The position numbers were made by a program, and so were the translations under genes. Below the pieces are notes generated by a model. It was not told where the DNA came from, made no database searches, and saw only the letters and a program-made list of their open reading frames with translations. A stretch of DNA of 64,000 bases from Octopus vulgaris (taxonomy: Eukaryota): positions 9,734,001-9,798,000 of the forward strand of contig OX597816.1 of the NCBI GenBank assembly GCA_951406725.2, in the 5' to 3' direction. Below are positions 12,508 through 24,642 of the stretch, piece after piece. Position 1 is the first letter of the stretch; every line of letters starts with the position of its first letter.

Positions 12508-12878
12508 GGCACTGCGAAATAGTGGTAAGCATTTCGAAATAGTGCTAAGCATTTCGCCCGGCGTGCTAACGATTCTGCCAGCTCGCCGCCTTCCCCAGTA
12601 CTAAATTAGTACTTTTATCGACTCTTAGAAAGGATGAAAGACATTGTCAACCTAAGGGGTATTTCTGCTCAGAATGTAAAAGAGTTGGAACATGCAACTA
12701 AGCATTTTCATTCAATGCGATAACGATTTTGCCAGCTCACCTCCTTAGCGATGATAATAATAATAATAATGTTTACTAAAAAATTTTACTTCATAAATAA
12801 TAAAAAGAAATGCAAAACAGACAAAAAAAAAACTCCACAGAAATATCTGAGACGAGCAAGTGTCGCTTTACACGACAT

Positions 12879-13054
12879 TCAGTGCAGCAGAGAGAAACGA
12901 GTTCAGTCTTAAATATGGCTTCCATTGATTTATTGTACTGCGATTTTGTTTTAATGCGAATGACAGCTGAAGAACTACTGACAATTCTATAGACTAACAA
13001 GTGGTTGGGTCATGGCTACATTTAAATTTCGTATCTCTTAGCTATATTTTAGTT
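12879..13054 (+). promoter_or_regulatory. Candidate TSS and first (non-coding) exon of a plus-strand gene
   Basis: Inr-like TCAGT at 12879 and 12903, YY1-like AATATGGC, unique CpG-containing sequence, donor TT|GTAAGT at 13055, near the end of the CpG-rich block. Inference only. Confidence 0.4.
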
Positions 13055-13213
13055 GTAAGTATCAATAAATATCAGAGTATGTAAATAGTCAAACTGGAAT
13101 TTCTCAAACAATCCTGTATAGAAGTAGAGCTTAAATATCATTTGCTGTGTTTGAAGAAACATCCATTCGTATGTCAACGACGTTTTCATATAAGCAAACC
13201 AAACCTTCCAATA

Positions 13214-13613
13214 CTCTTTTACTTGTTTCAGTCATTTGACTGCGGCCATGCTGGAGCACCGCCTTTAGTCGAGCAAATCAACCCCGGGACTTATTCTTTT
13301 GTTAGCCCAGTACTTCTTCTATCGGTCTCTTTTGCCGAACCACTAAGTGAAGGGGACGTAAACACACCAGCATCGGTTGTCAAGCAATGCTAGGGGGACA
13401 AGCACAGACACACAAACACACACACGCATACATATATATATACATATATCCGACAGGCTTCTTTCAGTTTCCGTCTACCAAATCCACTCACAAGGCATTG
13501 GTCGGCCCGAGGCTATAGCAGAAGACACTTGCCCAAGATGCCACGCAGTGGGACTGAACCCGGAACCAAGTGGTTAGTTAGCAAGCTACTTACCACACAG
13601 CCACTCCTGCGCC
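13214..13613 (-). mobile_element. SINE family A
   Basis: Near-identical to 2485-2883. Confidence 0.9.
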
Positions 13614-13757
13614 TCCTATCTCTATTTTTTTTTATATTTTCATTTGCAATTTATTCACCTTGGTCTTTGATTCTGGCGAAATTTATTGAATTATTTTTTC
13701 ATACATTTGAATATTTGGTTAGAGTTTTTTCATAAATTCGTGTGTCTGCAAAAGATA

Positions 13758-14616
13758 CAATAATGACTCGACTATTGCGGGTGTTACGTTCCCGTGTTAC
13801 GGGATAGGTGAAAATCCGCAAAGTAGAAACTATACTGTATTTTTTAAAACTATTTTTACAATCTGTATATATTTATTTTATTATTTTAATATATTTACGC
13901 TTTTATAAACTCTCTTCACACTCTTAGGAGTACCCGTATCTTGTCTTTTTACAGTCTCCCGAGTTTCGTTTTCCATACAGTACGTGCGATTCTTTGTTTA
14001 CTTATCTACGGTACACTATGTATTTCTTTTAATATATTTTAATGTGTTATACAGTACTGTAATGTGTTTTTATTTAATAAGTTTAAGGTGTTGAAGTGTT
14101 TATTTTACCTCAGAAATAATTAAAATGTAAAAAAATATAAATACCTATCGGCCGCATAAAACCGCGATATACTGAGGAGTCCGCGATATAAATTTACATA
14201 TAATAGGCTGTGTGTTGTAGCTTGCTTACCAACCTCATGGCTACGGCTTCAGTCCCACTACGTGGCACCTTGGGCAAGTGTCCGCCTCGGGCGGACCAAA
14301 GCCTTGTGAGTGGATTTGGTAGACGGAAACTGAAAGAAGCCCGTCGGGTATATATATATATATATGTGTGTGTGTGTTTGTCCTCCCAACATCGCTTGAC
14401 AGCCAATGTTGATGTATTTAAGTCCCTGTAACTTAGCGGTTTGGCAAAAGGGACATTAGAATAAGTACTAGACTTACAAAGAATAAGTCCTGGGGTCGAT
14501 TTGTTCAACTGAAGGCGGTGCTCCAGCATGGCTGCAGTCAAATGACAGAAACAAGTAAAAGAATATAAGCCAGAAAAATCCGTAATTGTGAACCACGATA
14601 TGGTGAGTGATTATTG
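13758..14616. mobile_element. pogo/Tigger-like MITE containing a family A SINE
   Basis: TA|CAATAATGACTCG ... GAGTGATTATTG|TA, with repeated CCGCGATA subterminal motifs. Confidence 0.65.
14206..14562 (+). mobile_element. SINE family A (nested)
   Basis: Homology to other copies. Confidence 0.9.
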
Positions 14617-14904
14617 TATATAGCTTTAGTTTTAATCAGTGGACTGTGGCCATACCGGAGCACCGCCTTGAAAGGTTTGGTCAAAGAAATCGACCCCAGA
14701 ATGTATTATTTGAGCCTGGTATTTATTCTATCTCTTCTGCCAATCTAAGTTATGGGGACACAAGCAACCCAAACACTAGCTGTCAAGCGGTGATGGAGGA
14801 CAAACCCATGCACAAAGACACACGCATCTGTGCATGTGACTCTCTCTCTCTCTTTCTATGTATGTGTGTATATATATACATACATACATACATACATACA
14901 TACA

Positions 14905-15092
14905 TGTAAAAAAACACCCACTACACTCGCGGAGTGGTTGGCGTTAGGAAGGGCATCCAGCCGTAGAAACACTGCCAGATCTGACTGGGCCTGACGAAGC
15001 CTTCCAGCTTCACAGACCCCAGTTGACCCGTCCAACCCATGCTAGCATGGAAAACGGACGCTAAACGATGATGATGATGATGATGATGATGA
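14905..15092 (+). mobile_element. SINE family B (RTE-related tail ending in (GAT)n), 5' truncated
   Basis: GGTTGGCGTTAGGAAGGGCATCCAGC ... CCCATGCTAGCATGGAAAACGGACG-(ATG)n. At least nine copies in the window. Confidence 0.85.
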
Positions 15093-15639
15093 TACATATA
15101 TACACATACATATATATTCCCCCGTCTACACACGCATGTACATAATACTGAAAAACCTTTTTGCTGGTTTCGCTCACAAAAATTAAAGTAGTGAATTTTT
15201 TATGAATTTTCTCTCTCATATTTTCATAATGTTTTTCATAATGTACCTGACAACCAGATTCATCGATGTAAATATATGGAGATATTCTTTTGCACTTAGA
15301 ATGGCATTTCCATCCTTTAAAATATAAACAAAAAAATGAATGCAACAACATTTCAAATTCTCCAGAAACTTTCTTTTGGTACTTCTTACCCTTTATCTTA
15401 AAATAATGCTTTCTCGCATATTTTGTATTCAAATGAATTCCCAGGCTCAAATCTAAGTGAATATTTATGTATACATATCTTTCGTTTGCATTTAAAATGT
15501 ATGAATATATTTTGCTCCAACATTTTCAACCTCAATAAATAGGTTCGGTGGGACAAATAGAACTAAAAAATAAAGAGTGTTTGCACACACACAAGGCAAT
15601 GCCTCTGTATTAGTGCATGTTGTCATTACCGAAGGATTG

Positions 15640-15707
<68 letters not shown>

Positions 15708-15876
15708 GTAGAGTGAAAAAACGACAGAAGGCTTGAATGTTAAAAAATATATATATTTGCGTCAATATGTCTGAAGAATATTAGAAAATTTAAAAAAAAA
15801 ATTTTTTTTCCCTCTTATAATGACATAAATTAAAAGAAATACCGGTATGTATATATATATATATATATATATATTG

Positions 15877-16068
15877 TTGAAATTTACAGAAAAGCAAAAG
15901 ATGAAGGCAAGTGTATGAACAACAAGCAGGTGTATTAGTCTGATGGTCGGGAAAGTGAGAAAGTCTTTTATGTTTCGAGCCTATGCTCTTCAACAGAAAA
16001 GGATTAAAGAAAATAAACAGACGGAGAACAAAAAATGTGAGGATTTAGCAATCAAGCATGGCGACTGG
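15877..16068 (-). mobile_element. (TA)n-embedded Penelope-like remnant, type 2
   Basis: Flanked by (TA)n. Homologous to 24540-24632 (+) and 63661-63865 (-). Carries a GAAGAGC..GCTCGAAAC hammerhead-like motif. Confidence 0.55.
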
Positions 16069-16069
16069 T

Positions 16070-16101
<32 letters not shown>

Positions 16102-17028
16102 TTTATCATGACTCCAGTTATCTGCTGTTATAATGATTCTGGTAGCCATCTTGTGAGGCTTACCCAATATATATATTTTTAAAAAATAGAATATATCTAC
16201 AGTCTTTTTTTTTAATCATTAATATTTAGTAAAACGTTCTTTTTTATTTTTCATCGAAAATTATCTAAACTGAGACTTGGCCTACCCAAAATTATGCAAT
16301 TTCTCTCAACACAGCTTTCTGGTTGAGAAATAATATGATTATATAATAGTATATAATAGACATAAGTTAATAAACAAACATATGAGATATATTACTGCCT
16401 TCAAGATAATTACTGTGGTTCACTTAATTTTTCTCTTTTGTCTCATTAGTATAGTTTCACACCTTAATCTCCCTTAAAGGTATAAATCTAATCAGTTTGA
16501 TTTTTTTGTTTTGCTTTCGAGCCTCCCAAGATAAAACTCATTTTTGAATAAGCAGCTTGTCCATGTTTCTTCAAAATATGTGTAACATTTTAAAGAATAA
16601 ATGTTACTATCACACCTGTTGTAATACTTGAATATTGATATTTGATATTTGGTAATGCTTCAGAGATGGTATAACCATGGTGAAAGTGAAAATTGGCAAT
16701 TTCAGTAAAAAATTATTTCTTTACCTCTATAGATACATGCACATAAAACACTCACACATACACACACACATGCATAAAGGCATACATACATGCATAAATA
16801 CATACATACACATGAAAGATACATGAACATAAGTGATTCGTGAAAGCATTAAAAAATGTCTGTGTGTATGTGTGTGTGTGCATGCACATGTGTGAGTGTG
16901 TGTTTCATTGTTCAATTCACTTATGTTTATATAGTTTTGTGCATGTAAGTATATGTATGTATAAAGTTAAAGAAATAAAAATATAATACATAATACATAT
17001 ATATAATAATCTATATATATATATATAT

Positions 17029-17252
17029 ACTTTATTAAAAGAGCAGCAAAGATATGACAAAAACTGTTACTCAGAGTTTCACTTTCCCATTCTTTGGACA
17101 GTTTTGTTTAGAGTGTTTGATGAATGGGAATGTGAGACTCTGAGTAACAGTGTTAGTGATGTCTTTGCAGCTTTATTAATAAAGCATATAACTCTACCTC
17201 CTGTATTTGAGTACTTTCTTTTCCACCTTGTTTCACATTTATGTGCTTATTC
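17029..17252. mobile_element. Penelope-like remnant, type 1, as an inverted pair between (TA)n tracts
   Basis: Diverged inverted arms 17029-17105 and 17110-17190, each with a decayed minimal hammerhead. Homologous to 40651-40735. Confidence 0.65.
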
Positions 17253-17304
17253 TGGTATATATATATATATATACACACATATGTACGTATATATATATAT
17301 ATAT

Positions 17305-17650
17305 ATCATCATCATCGTTTAACGTCCACTTTCCATGCTAGCATGGGTTGGACGATTTGACTGAGGACTGGTGAACCAAATGGCTGCACCAGGCTCCAAT
17401 CTTGATCTGGCAGAGTTTCTACAGCTGGATGCCCTTCCTAACACCAACCACTCTGAGAGTGTAGTGGGTGCATTTACGTTCCACTGGCACAAGGGCCAGT
17501 CAGGCGGTACTGGCAATGGCCACACTCAAATGGGTTTTTTTACGTTCCACCCACACAGGAGCCAGTCCAGCAGCACTGGCAACGACCTAAGTGCCAGTAA
17601 GGCTACGCTGGTAATAATCACGCTCGAATGGTGCTTTTTTACGATCCACC
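17305..17650 (-). mobile_element. SINE family B
   Basis: (CAT)n tail on the left and homology to other copies. Confidence 0.85.
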
Positions 17651-17659
17651 GGCACAGAA

Positions 17660-17908
17660 GCCAGCCACCAGCACAGAAGCCAGTGGCACGTAAAAAGCAC
17701 TTTCCGTCCGTGGCCGTTTGCAGGTGGCACGTAAAAAGCAACCACCACACTCATGGAGTGGTTGGTGTTAGGAAGGGCATCAAGCTGTAGAAACACTGCC
17801 AGATCAGACTGGGCCTGATGCAGCCTTCTGGCTTCACAGATCCCAGTTGAACCGTCCAATCCATGCTAGCTTGGAAAGCGGACGCTAAATGATGATGATG
17901 ATGATGAT
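17660..17908 (+). mobile_element. SINE family B
   Basis: (GAT)n tail on the right. Inverted partner of the preceding copy. Confidence 0.85.
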
Positions 17909-20197
17909 ATAATATATAAGTTGAATAAACTTATGAGATATATTACTGCCTTCAGAAAATTACTACTTTTCAAGGCAGTGCTCCAGCATGGCTGCAGTCT
18001 AATGACTGAAACAAGTAAAAGTTAAAAGATAACTACTCTCTGTCTGACTTTCTCTTTTGCTTCAGACGTGTAGCTTTACATCTTACTCTTCAACATAGAT
18101 TTAATTATTTTGAATTTATTTTTTCTAAAGAAAGAAAATATCATTCTTCAAAAATGTATGTAACATTCTATAGTATAAATTTTCCTATTGTATCCATTTC
18201 AAAAGATGGGTGTAATAATAATTTACTGAAAAATGGTATGAAATCGGTGTGGGGTGGGGGTGGAGGTCCATGTTATTTTTTTTTTGTTAGCAAAATTTTT
18301 GTTCATAGAATGAAACAACTACCTAATTCCTTGTTCTTTTTTCTTCTCTACAAAATACTGATAGTTATTCCAAAAATATATATTTTTCTCTTACATACAT
18401 CTCATGAGTTGGGTGTAATAGTAAAAATTTACTGAATTTGGAAGACAAAAATGGAAAAATTGATAAAATAATACAAAATTTTGGATAAAAATTGAAATTA
18501 CACCTATGATAGACAGGTGTAATTGCAAAAATTTAACAAATTTTTGAAAATGGTGAAACCGTAAATTTACAGAGAGGAAAAGAATGGGTGGCAGGGATTC
18601 TCCAACTTTTTTTTTTAGTGATTGTTAATGCTTAGGGCATAAATGTCTTAGGAAGTTAGTTTTTGGTGTGTGAGATAATTTCCTATTTGATTCTGTAGGA
18701 ATACCAAATTGATTGTTATTAAAAAAAATTATAGGCAATTTTTGGTGTTAAATACGTAACTCTGCAGGATTGATAATGAAACCAAAATAATATGTGGAAA
18801 AACAAAAATTCCTCCAGTTATATGTACCTGAAATGCTTCTAAGACTTAAGTGTGGATAACATTTTTGAAAGAACATTAAGACTGGAAAATTACAGAAAGG
18901 AAATGGGTGGGGAGCAAAACTTGTTCCCACCCCACAATTTTTTTTTTTTTTTTGCAGAATGCTTAAAATGTACAGATACAAAGAAATTAGCACACTAGAT
19001 ATCTGATTCGATAGGAATGTCTCATCAATTATACAATAAGTATTCAGATTGAAGAATTTCATAAGACACATCAAAAAATACTAAACATTGTCTTTACCAC
19101 AAATATTTTGATATATAGAATTCTTTAGCCATTTTTTTTAGAAGCCAAACTAAATGGTACATAAATACTTTTCTTCAAATTCTCAAATATTTCACTAAAA
19201 ACTAAAAGTCTGTCCATTAAAATTTCCATAGAATTTTTTAGAAAAAATATAAATAGCTTAAAGAATCAAATTTTTGCTCTATTCTAATCTCTTTTACTTT
19301 AAATTTACATCAACAATCATCCACTTTAACATTTTACAATTCTTGGATTACTTAGAAAAAGTTATACTCATGCCTTTAGCTCGTTACCAAATTGTTTCTC
19401 TTTTTTTTTTTGATAAGAAATATTAAGTACAAATTTTCAAATTCATGATTATATTCAATTCCTTGTATCATTTAAATTACCATTGTGTATTAGACATTTA
19501 TGTATGTGTGCATGTGTGTGTGTGTGTGTGTGGTATACTTTGTGTTTTACAATCACTAAGTGAAAGTGAAAAATTATTGTAAGCACATTGGTTTAAAAAA
19601 TGAAACTAGAGAAAAAATTTTCCAAATCATAATCATCAAGTTTTTGAACATGGAATTAAGAAAAATAAAAACTGAGTGATGAGTATTAATAATTTGAAAA
19701 GCTGTTTTTTTATATTTTTTGTGCTAAAAGACCCATTGGAATCTGAGGAAATTCTTGGGGAAAAAAATGGGTAGGAGGTACCTAGTTAGCATGTCTACAT
19801 GGAAACAGCAGAATATCAATATTTTCACTTGTTTTCTGATTGTAAAATGAAAGATTACTATGTATGTTTTGGTGTGTGCATATCAGATGGACTTTTGATA
19901 TTTTTTCCAGCATGTGATTTTAATGCTTATCACAGTTTAAACAAAGCTCTACCTCTGTGGAAATAGTAATATACTTTCCCCAAGAATATTACCAGAGGAA
20001 AGAGGTGAAAGAAAATGTCTGCAATTTAAAATAATTGCAGGAGGAATCTTCAGTTGTTGAATATCCGAACAAGAAAGAGAATGTTATGAATATATTTTGC
20101 TTATTGATGTATAACAACAAATTTATAGATTTTTTTTCTTCCTTCTGAATTATTTTGCTGTGGTTATTAAGTTTAGAATGTAGGTCAAGTTTCTTAC

Positions 20198-20295
20198 CTG
20201 TGTTTTATATTTTGAAAGTGAATATATTTGAAAGATAGAACAGAATAAGTTTCAACTTACCTAGAAAAAGAGAAAGAAAGAAACAAAAGTTAATT
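20198..20295 (-). promoter_or_regulatory. Candidate recursive splice site (AG|GTAAGT) with 63-nt RS-exon
   Basis: Minus strand: TTAAC branch-like motif, TTTTGTTTCTTTCTTTCTCTTTTTCTAG|GTAAGTT at 20261/20260, second donor CAG|GTAAGA at 20198/20197. Confidence 0.55.
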
Positions 20296-21280
20296 ATGAG
20301 AAAAATGATTAAAACGATTAAATTTAAAATGTCAAATACAGGTACTCTACCAATTTTCCAGCATCCTTAGTTTCAATCTCATGCTGGATTAAAAAAGGCC
20401 ATATAATAATGTTTTTGCAAGATTCTTGCAGTGAAATTGTTTGTTGAAACAGATTTTGTATCTTAGGAAATCATTATACCAATAATAAACACACTGGTTC
20501 TATTTAATTTCATTTATTCTTTGCCAGTTAGTTAACCAATTAACTGACGGAGTAATCATTCAGTCAATTAACTGGTTAGGTTTGTCAGTTCTCTTGTCAC
20601 CATTTGTGACCTCATCCATGACTTGCCCTTACTATTCCGGGTGTCTGTCCACTCTGGGGCCATTAATTGATGGCCAAATATGGTTAACCAAGCAATCAAT
20701 CAGTTAAGTGGTTGACCAGTTGATAAAACAAGTGAAAGTGAAACATTGTTTTTGTTTTAAGATATAAAACATATAATAATAATTCTCAGAACATTCTTAG
20801 AAGACAGCTGCCATGTTATGAATACTAAACCTTCGTGACACACCTTTTTCTTTGTTAGAAATGAATTAAAAATTGGAAATATTCAACCCTTCAACTCTAA
20901 TCATATGAAGTTGGAAATATTTGAAGTACAATCTAATGCCACCTGTTAACTTCCTAACCACTGGAACCTCTCTTGAAATTTAACTGTGAATAGAATATAT
21001 TTAACTTTTTTCTTTTTCTAATTGGTATACTGTATTCTCTGCAATGGAAGTAAGTTATTAACTTACTCTTCAGAGTAAGGGTTCTTAGGGGGTTAGTACA
21101 TGGTGTTAGATTTAGTTTTAAACATTTGAACCTGCCATATTATTTTAGCAAGTATAGGGAGTGTGTCTACCTTCACAATATGTTACTAGTGAATAAACAA
21201 AGTGTGTTGTGAAGGCTTGGCAGTGAAAGTTATGAAGAATATTTATGAGAAATTTGTCTTAACATAATTATGTTTGGATT

Positions 21281-21454
21281 AGGAGTGGCTGTGTGGTAAG
21301 TAGCTTGCTTATCAACCACATGGTCCGGGTTCAGTCCCACTGCATGGCACCTTGAGCAAGTATCTCCTACTATAGCCTTGGGCCGACCAAAGCCTTGTGA
21401 GTAGATTTGGTAGGCGGAAACTGAAAAAAGCCCGTCGTATATATGTATATGTTA

Positions 21455-21497
<43 letters not shown>

Positions 21498-21710
21498 ATA
21501 TTTGTGTGTCTGTGTTTGTCACCCCAACATCGCTTGACAACCGATGCTGGTGTGTTTACGTCCCTGTAACTTAGCAGTTCGGCAAAAGAGACTGACAGAA
21601 TAAGTACTAGGCTTACAAAGAATAAATCCTGGGGTAAATTTGCTCAACTAAAGGTGGTGCTCCAGTATGGCCACAGTCAAATGACTGAAACAAGTAAAGG
21701 AGAGAAAAGA
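21281..21710 (+). mobile_element. SINE family A
   Basis: Homology to other copies, with several CpG transitions. Confidence 0.9.
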
Positions 21711-22205
21711 ATATTAAAAGAGATACTGGATCATCCCTTGCCAGAAAATTGGTAATGTACCTCTAAACTAATTTATTGAACAAAAGACATTTTCATAACG
21801 ATGTATTTCAATGTAGCAAAAACCTTATAACAGATGAATATCAGAGATATATATTAATTCCTTGTTCTATAAAATTTCATTGTTCTTAAAATATATTTCT
21901 TTTTAAACATTGTATTAGAAACCCTCACATAGTGCTCCAAGATTGGTTCAGTTTGGAGTTTATGTGTGATTGAACATTGTTGTCATTTTGTGAGACAGTT
22001 TTGCCAAGGTAATCAAATAAGCATATTTTGCTATGATTAATGCACATGATGGGAATGTCATGCCAGTGCTACCAGCCAGGCTCAAGAGATTCAGCAAATA
22101 TTTCAGTTATAAGAAACCGTCCAATATATTACTAGAAGATTAATGTAGAAATATTCTTGAAAATATACACATTACATTAAAAACATACACATGTATTTGT
22201 ATGTA

Positions 22206-22251
<46 letters not shown>

Positions 22252-22290
22252 GATTGATATTTGCAAGTAGGAATAAAAGCACAACAAAAG

Positions 22291-22329
<39 letters not shown>

Positions 22330-22926
22330 CTAAATGATGATGATGATGATGATGATATATATATGTTTGTAGCTATAGATAGATACACATACAAATACAC
22401 GATTCTGCCACTCTCACTTTGCTTGGTGGTACTTGTAGCCGTTCTTAATGGTTAAAAACAGAAAATAGGATAAAATAAAATAAGCACCAGACCATAAGTA
22501 TGTTTATAGAAATTTGTCTGAATTGAGTAAATGGATGGTATAAATGTAAAGAAGAAACTTCTATCATTGGAAAATTTTAGTGCATACAAAATTGGTAGGA
22601 TATATATTTTAGCTTAGCGACTCCACTTACAACACAGTATCTAGTGTAGTTCTTGAACATACAGTTGTCATCATTGTTTAATGTTCATTTTTCCATGCTC
22701 ACATGAGTCAGATAGAACTCGTTGAGGCAGATTTAGAAATCAAAATGATGCTGTCTGCCTTCTGTAACAATGTCACTGTCAATTATGCATTCTTATATAG
22801 ATGGCTAATTCAAATTCTTGTATTGCAGATCTCAGCCTTATTTCAATTTTGAAATAGAATTCCAATGTCTCATTTTCAAGGTCAGCCTACTAAGATAATG
22901 ACCCCCATGAAAACTTATCTGTTTAA

Positions 22927-23356
22927 CCCTTGAGCATATAAACTGGCTGTATCAGGCCCAAATATTCTACATACTTTATGTTCATACAGAGCAGATCTGG
23001 TCTCTCACACATACTCCACAATGTCATTTTAAAACTAAACAGTCACATCATTGAAATCTGAAAACTACAAGATAAAGCACGATTAATTTAAAGCAATATG
23101 AATAAATAAGCATTACACTTGGTAAAAGACAAACAAGAAACTATGACATTACAACCAGCCAGGCAAAGTCTTCACTTCATTTGCGGCACCTGCCAGAGTG
23201 AGTGTTTATCCAGGATAGGACTACACAGCCACAGCAGATGTATTAGGACATGAAATGTGAAAGCTGGACTAGATTATTCTATGCACAACTCCATTGTACC
23301 CGAGACAAAAAGGATGCCAACAACACTTGGTAAAGTAATCTGAATGCTAAAGGTTT
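22927..23356. mobile_element. piggyBac-like MITE (second subfamily) interrupted by an RTE 3' end
   Basis: TTAACCCTTGAGCAT ... ATGCTAAAGGTTTAA. Uninterrupted homolog at 45646-45865. Confidence 0.7.
23127..23322 (+). mobile_element. RTE/BovB-like LINE 3' end with 12-bp TSD
   Basis: 23176-23241 encodes FICGTCQSECLSRIGLHSHSRC (RTE C-terminal zinc knuckle). TSD ACACTTGGTAAA at 23115-23126 and 23323-23334. Confidence 0.9.
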
Positions 23357-23780
23357 AAAAGCATAAGCAGATAATTTTATAGAATTTTGTCATATAAATC
23401 AATGCTCTTGAATTTCTGTTGTTGTCTCCCTGTCTTGACATAGTGAGAGTATGTCAGATACACCAGCAAATATGGTAATTAAAACAGTATGTTTCAAGAG
23501 AAAAATGGTAACAAAAAGAGTTAAAATAATGTTTGGAACAAACTTAACAGGTTCTCCCAAGATCAAATTATGATGGAAAGTTTAGATTTCAATATGAATA
23601 TTTTCAAAATATCTTTGTATCAAAGAAGTAAGGGTAAGGTAGTCTATGGCAGATTGGCATCAAGAGAGTTAATTAGAAAAAGTGAAAAATATATAATTTC
23701 ATATTTTAGAAATGATCATGGCAAAAATAATAAAAATAAGACATAAAGTTTCTTCGAAATATTTCTTATTTTCTGTTTAG

Positions 23781-23969
23781 GAATTTGTCAATTTAACAAA
23801 TAAAAGCAAACGAAAGTGAATTTGTGTTAAACATTTGTACACTTTTGCATATTTTTAAAAATCTGTGTTGTTGATTATTGTGATAAGATATCTGAAACAT
23901 ATTTAAAAGTTTTGGAACAGCTGTTGTAACAATTTTCAAAGATAATTTGAAATTAGATTTCTTTGAATG
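23781..23969 (+). other. Candidate non-coding (5'UTR) exon, 189 nt
   Basis: Acceptor TTCTTATTTTCTGTTTAG| and donor AATG|GTAAGT. Unique sequence with an early stop in frame 1. Ends in ATG. Confidence 0.55.
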
Positions 23970-24149
23970 GTAAGTTTTTTTTTTAACCCATTCCATACCA
24001 TGATATATATTTTTTAAAGAATCTGTTGAGAGCTGAGCATTGTTGTGAGTGTATAAATATATATGTACACATATATATGTGCATGTGCGTGTATATAAAT
24101 AAATGATGATTATGATAATGATGGTGATGATTATATATATATATATGTA

Positions 24150-24520
24150 ATCATTTTGATATTTACTTTTCATGTTTGTATTGGTTACATGGAATTTGTT
24201 GTAATTTTCTATGGCCAGATGCCCTTTCTGTCACCAACATGACAGTGACTCAGGTAGATAGCTGTATGACATTAAAGTTATCATGCAGGGTCAAGACAAG
24301 GAGATGAAGTCATAAGCACACACACACATGCAATCATATGCACATGTAGACAATCACATACGCACACATGTGATAGGATTCTTTCACTTCCCATATAACA
24401 AATTCACTAACAAGATTTTGATCAACTTGGGGCTATTGTAGAAAATACTTGTTCAAGGTGCCACACAATGGTACAGAACCATACAGTTTGGAAGCAAATT
24501 TCTCGTCCCCATAACCATAT
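24150..24520 (-). mobile_element. Older SINE family F (family-A-like head plus RTE-type tail)
   Basis: Homologous to 45217-45630, 52120-52480, 42160-42385 and the tail at 31250-31472. Confidence 0.6.
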
Positions 24521-24642
24521 CTGTTTATTATATACATATAAGACTTTTACACTTCCTGAGTGTTAAACTAATACATCTGTTTGTTGTCTATACTACCTGT
24601 CTTCATCTTTTGTCTTTTGTAAATTCTCCTTGTATATATATA

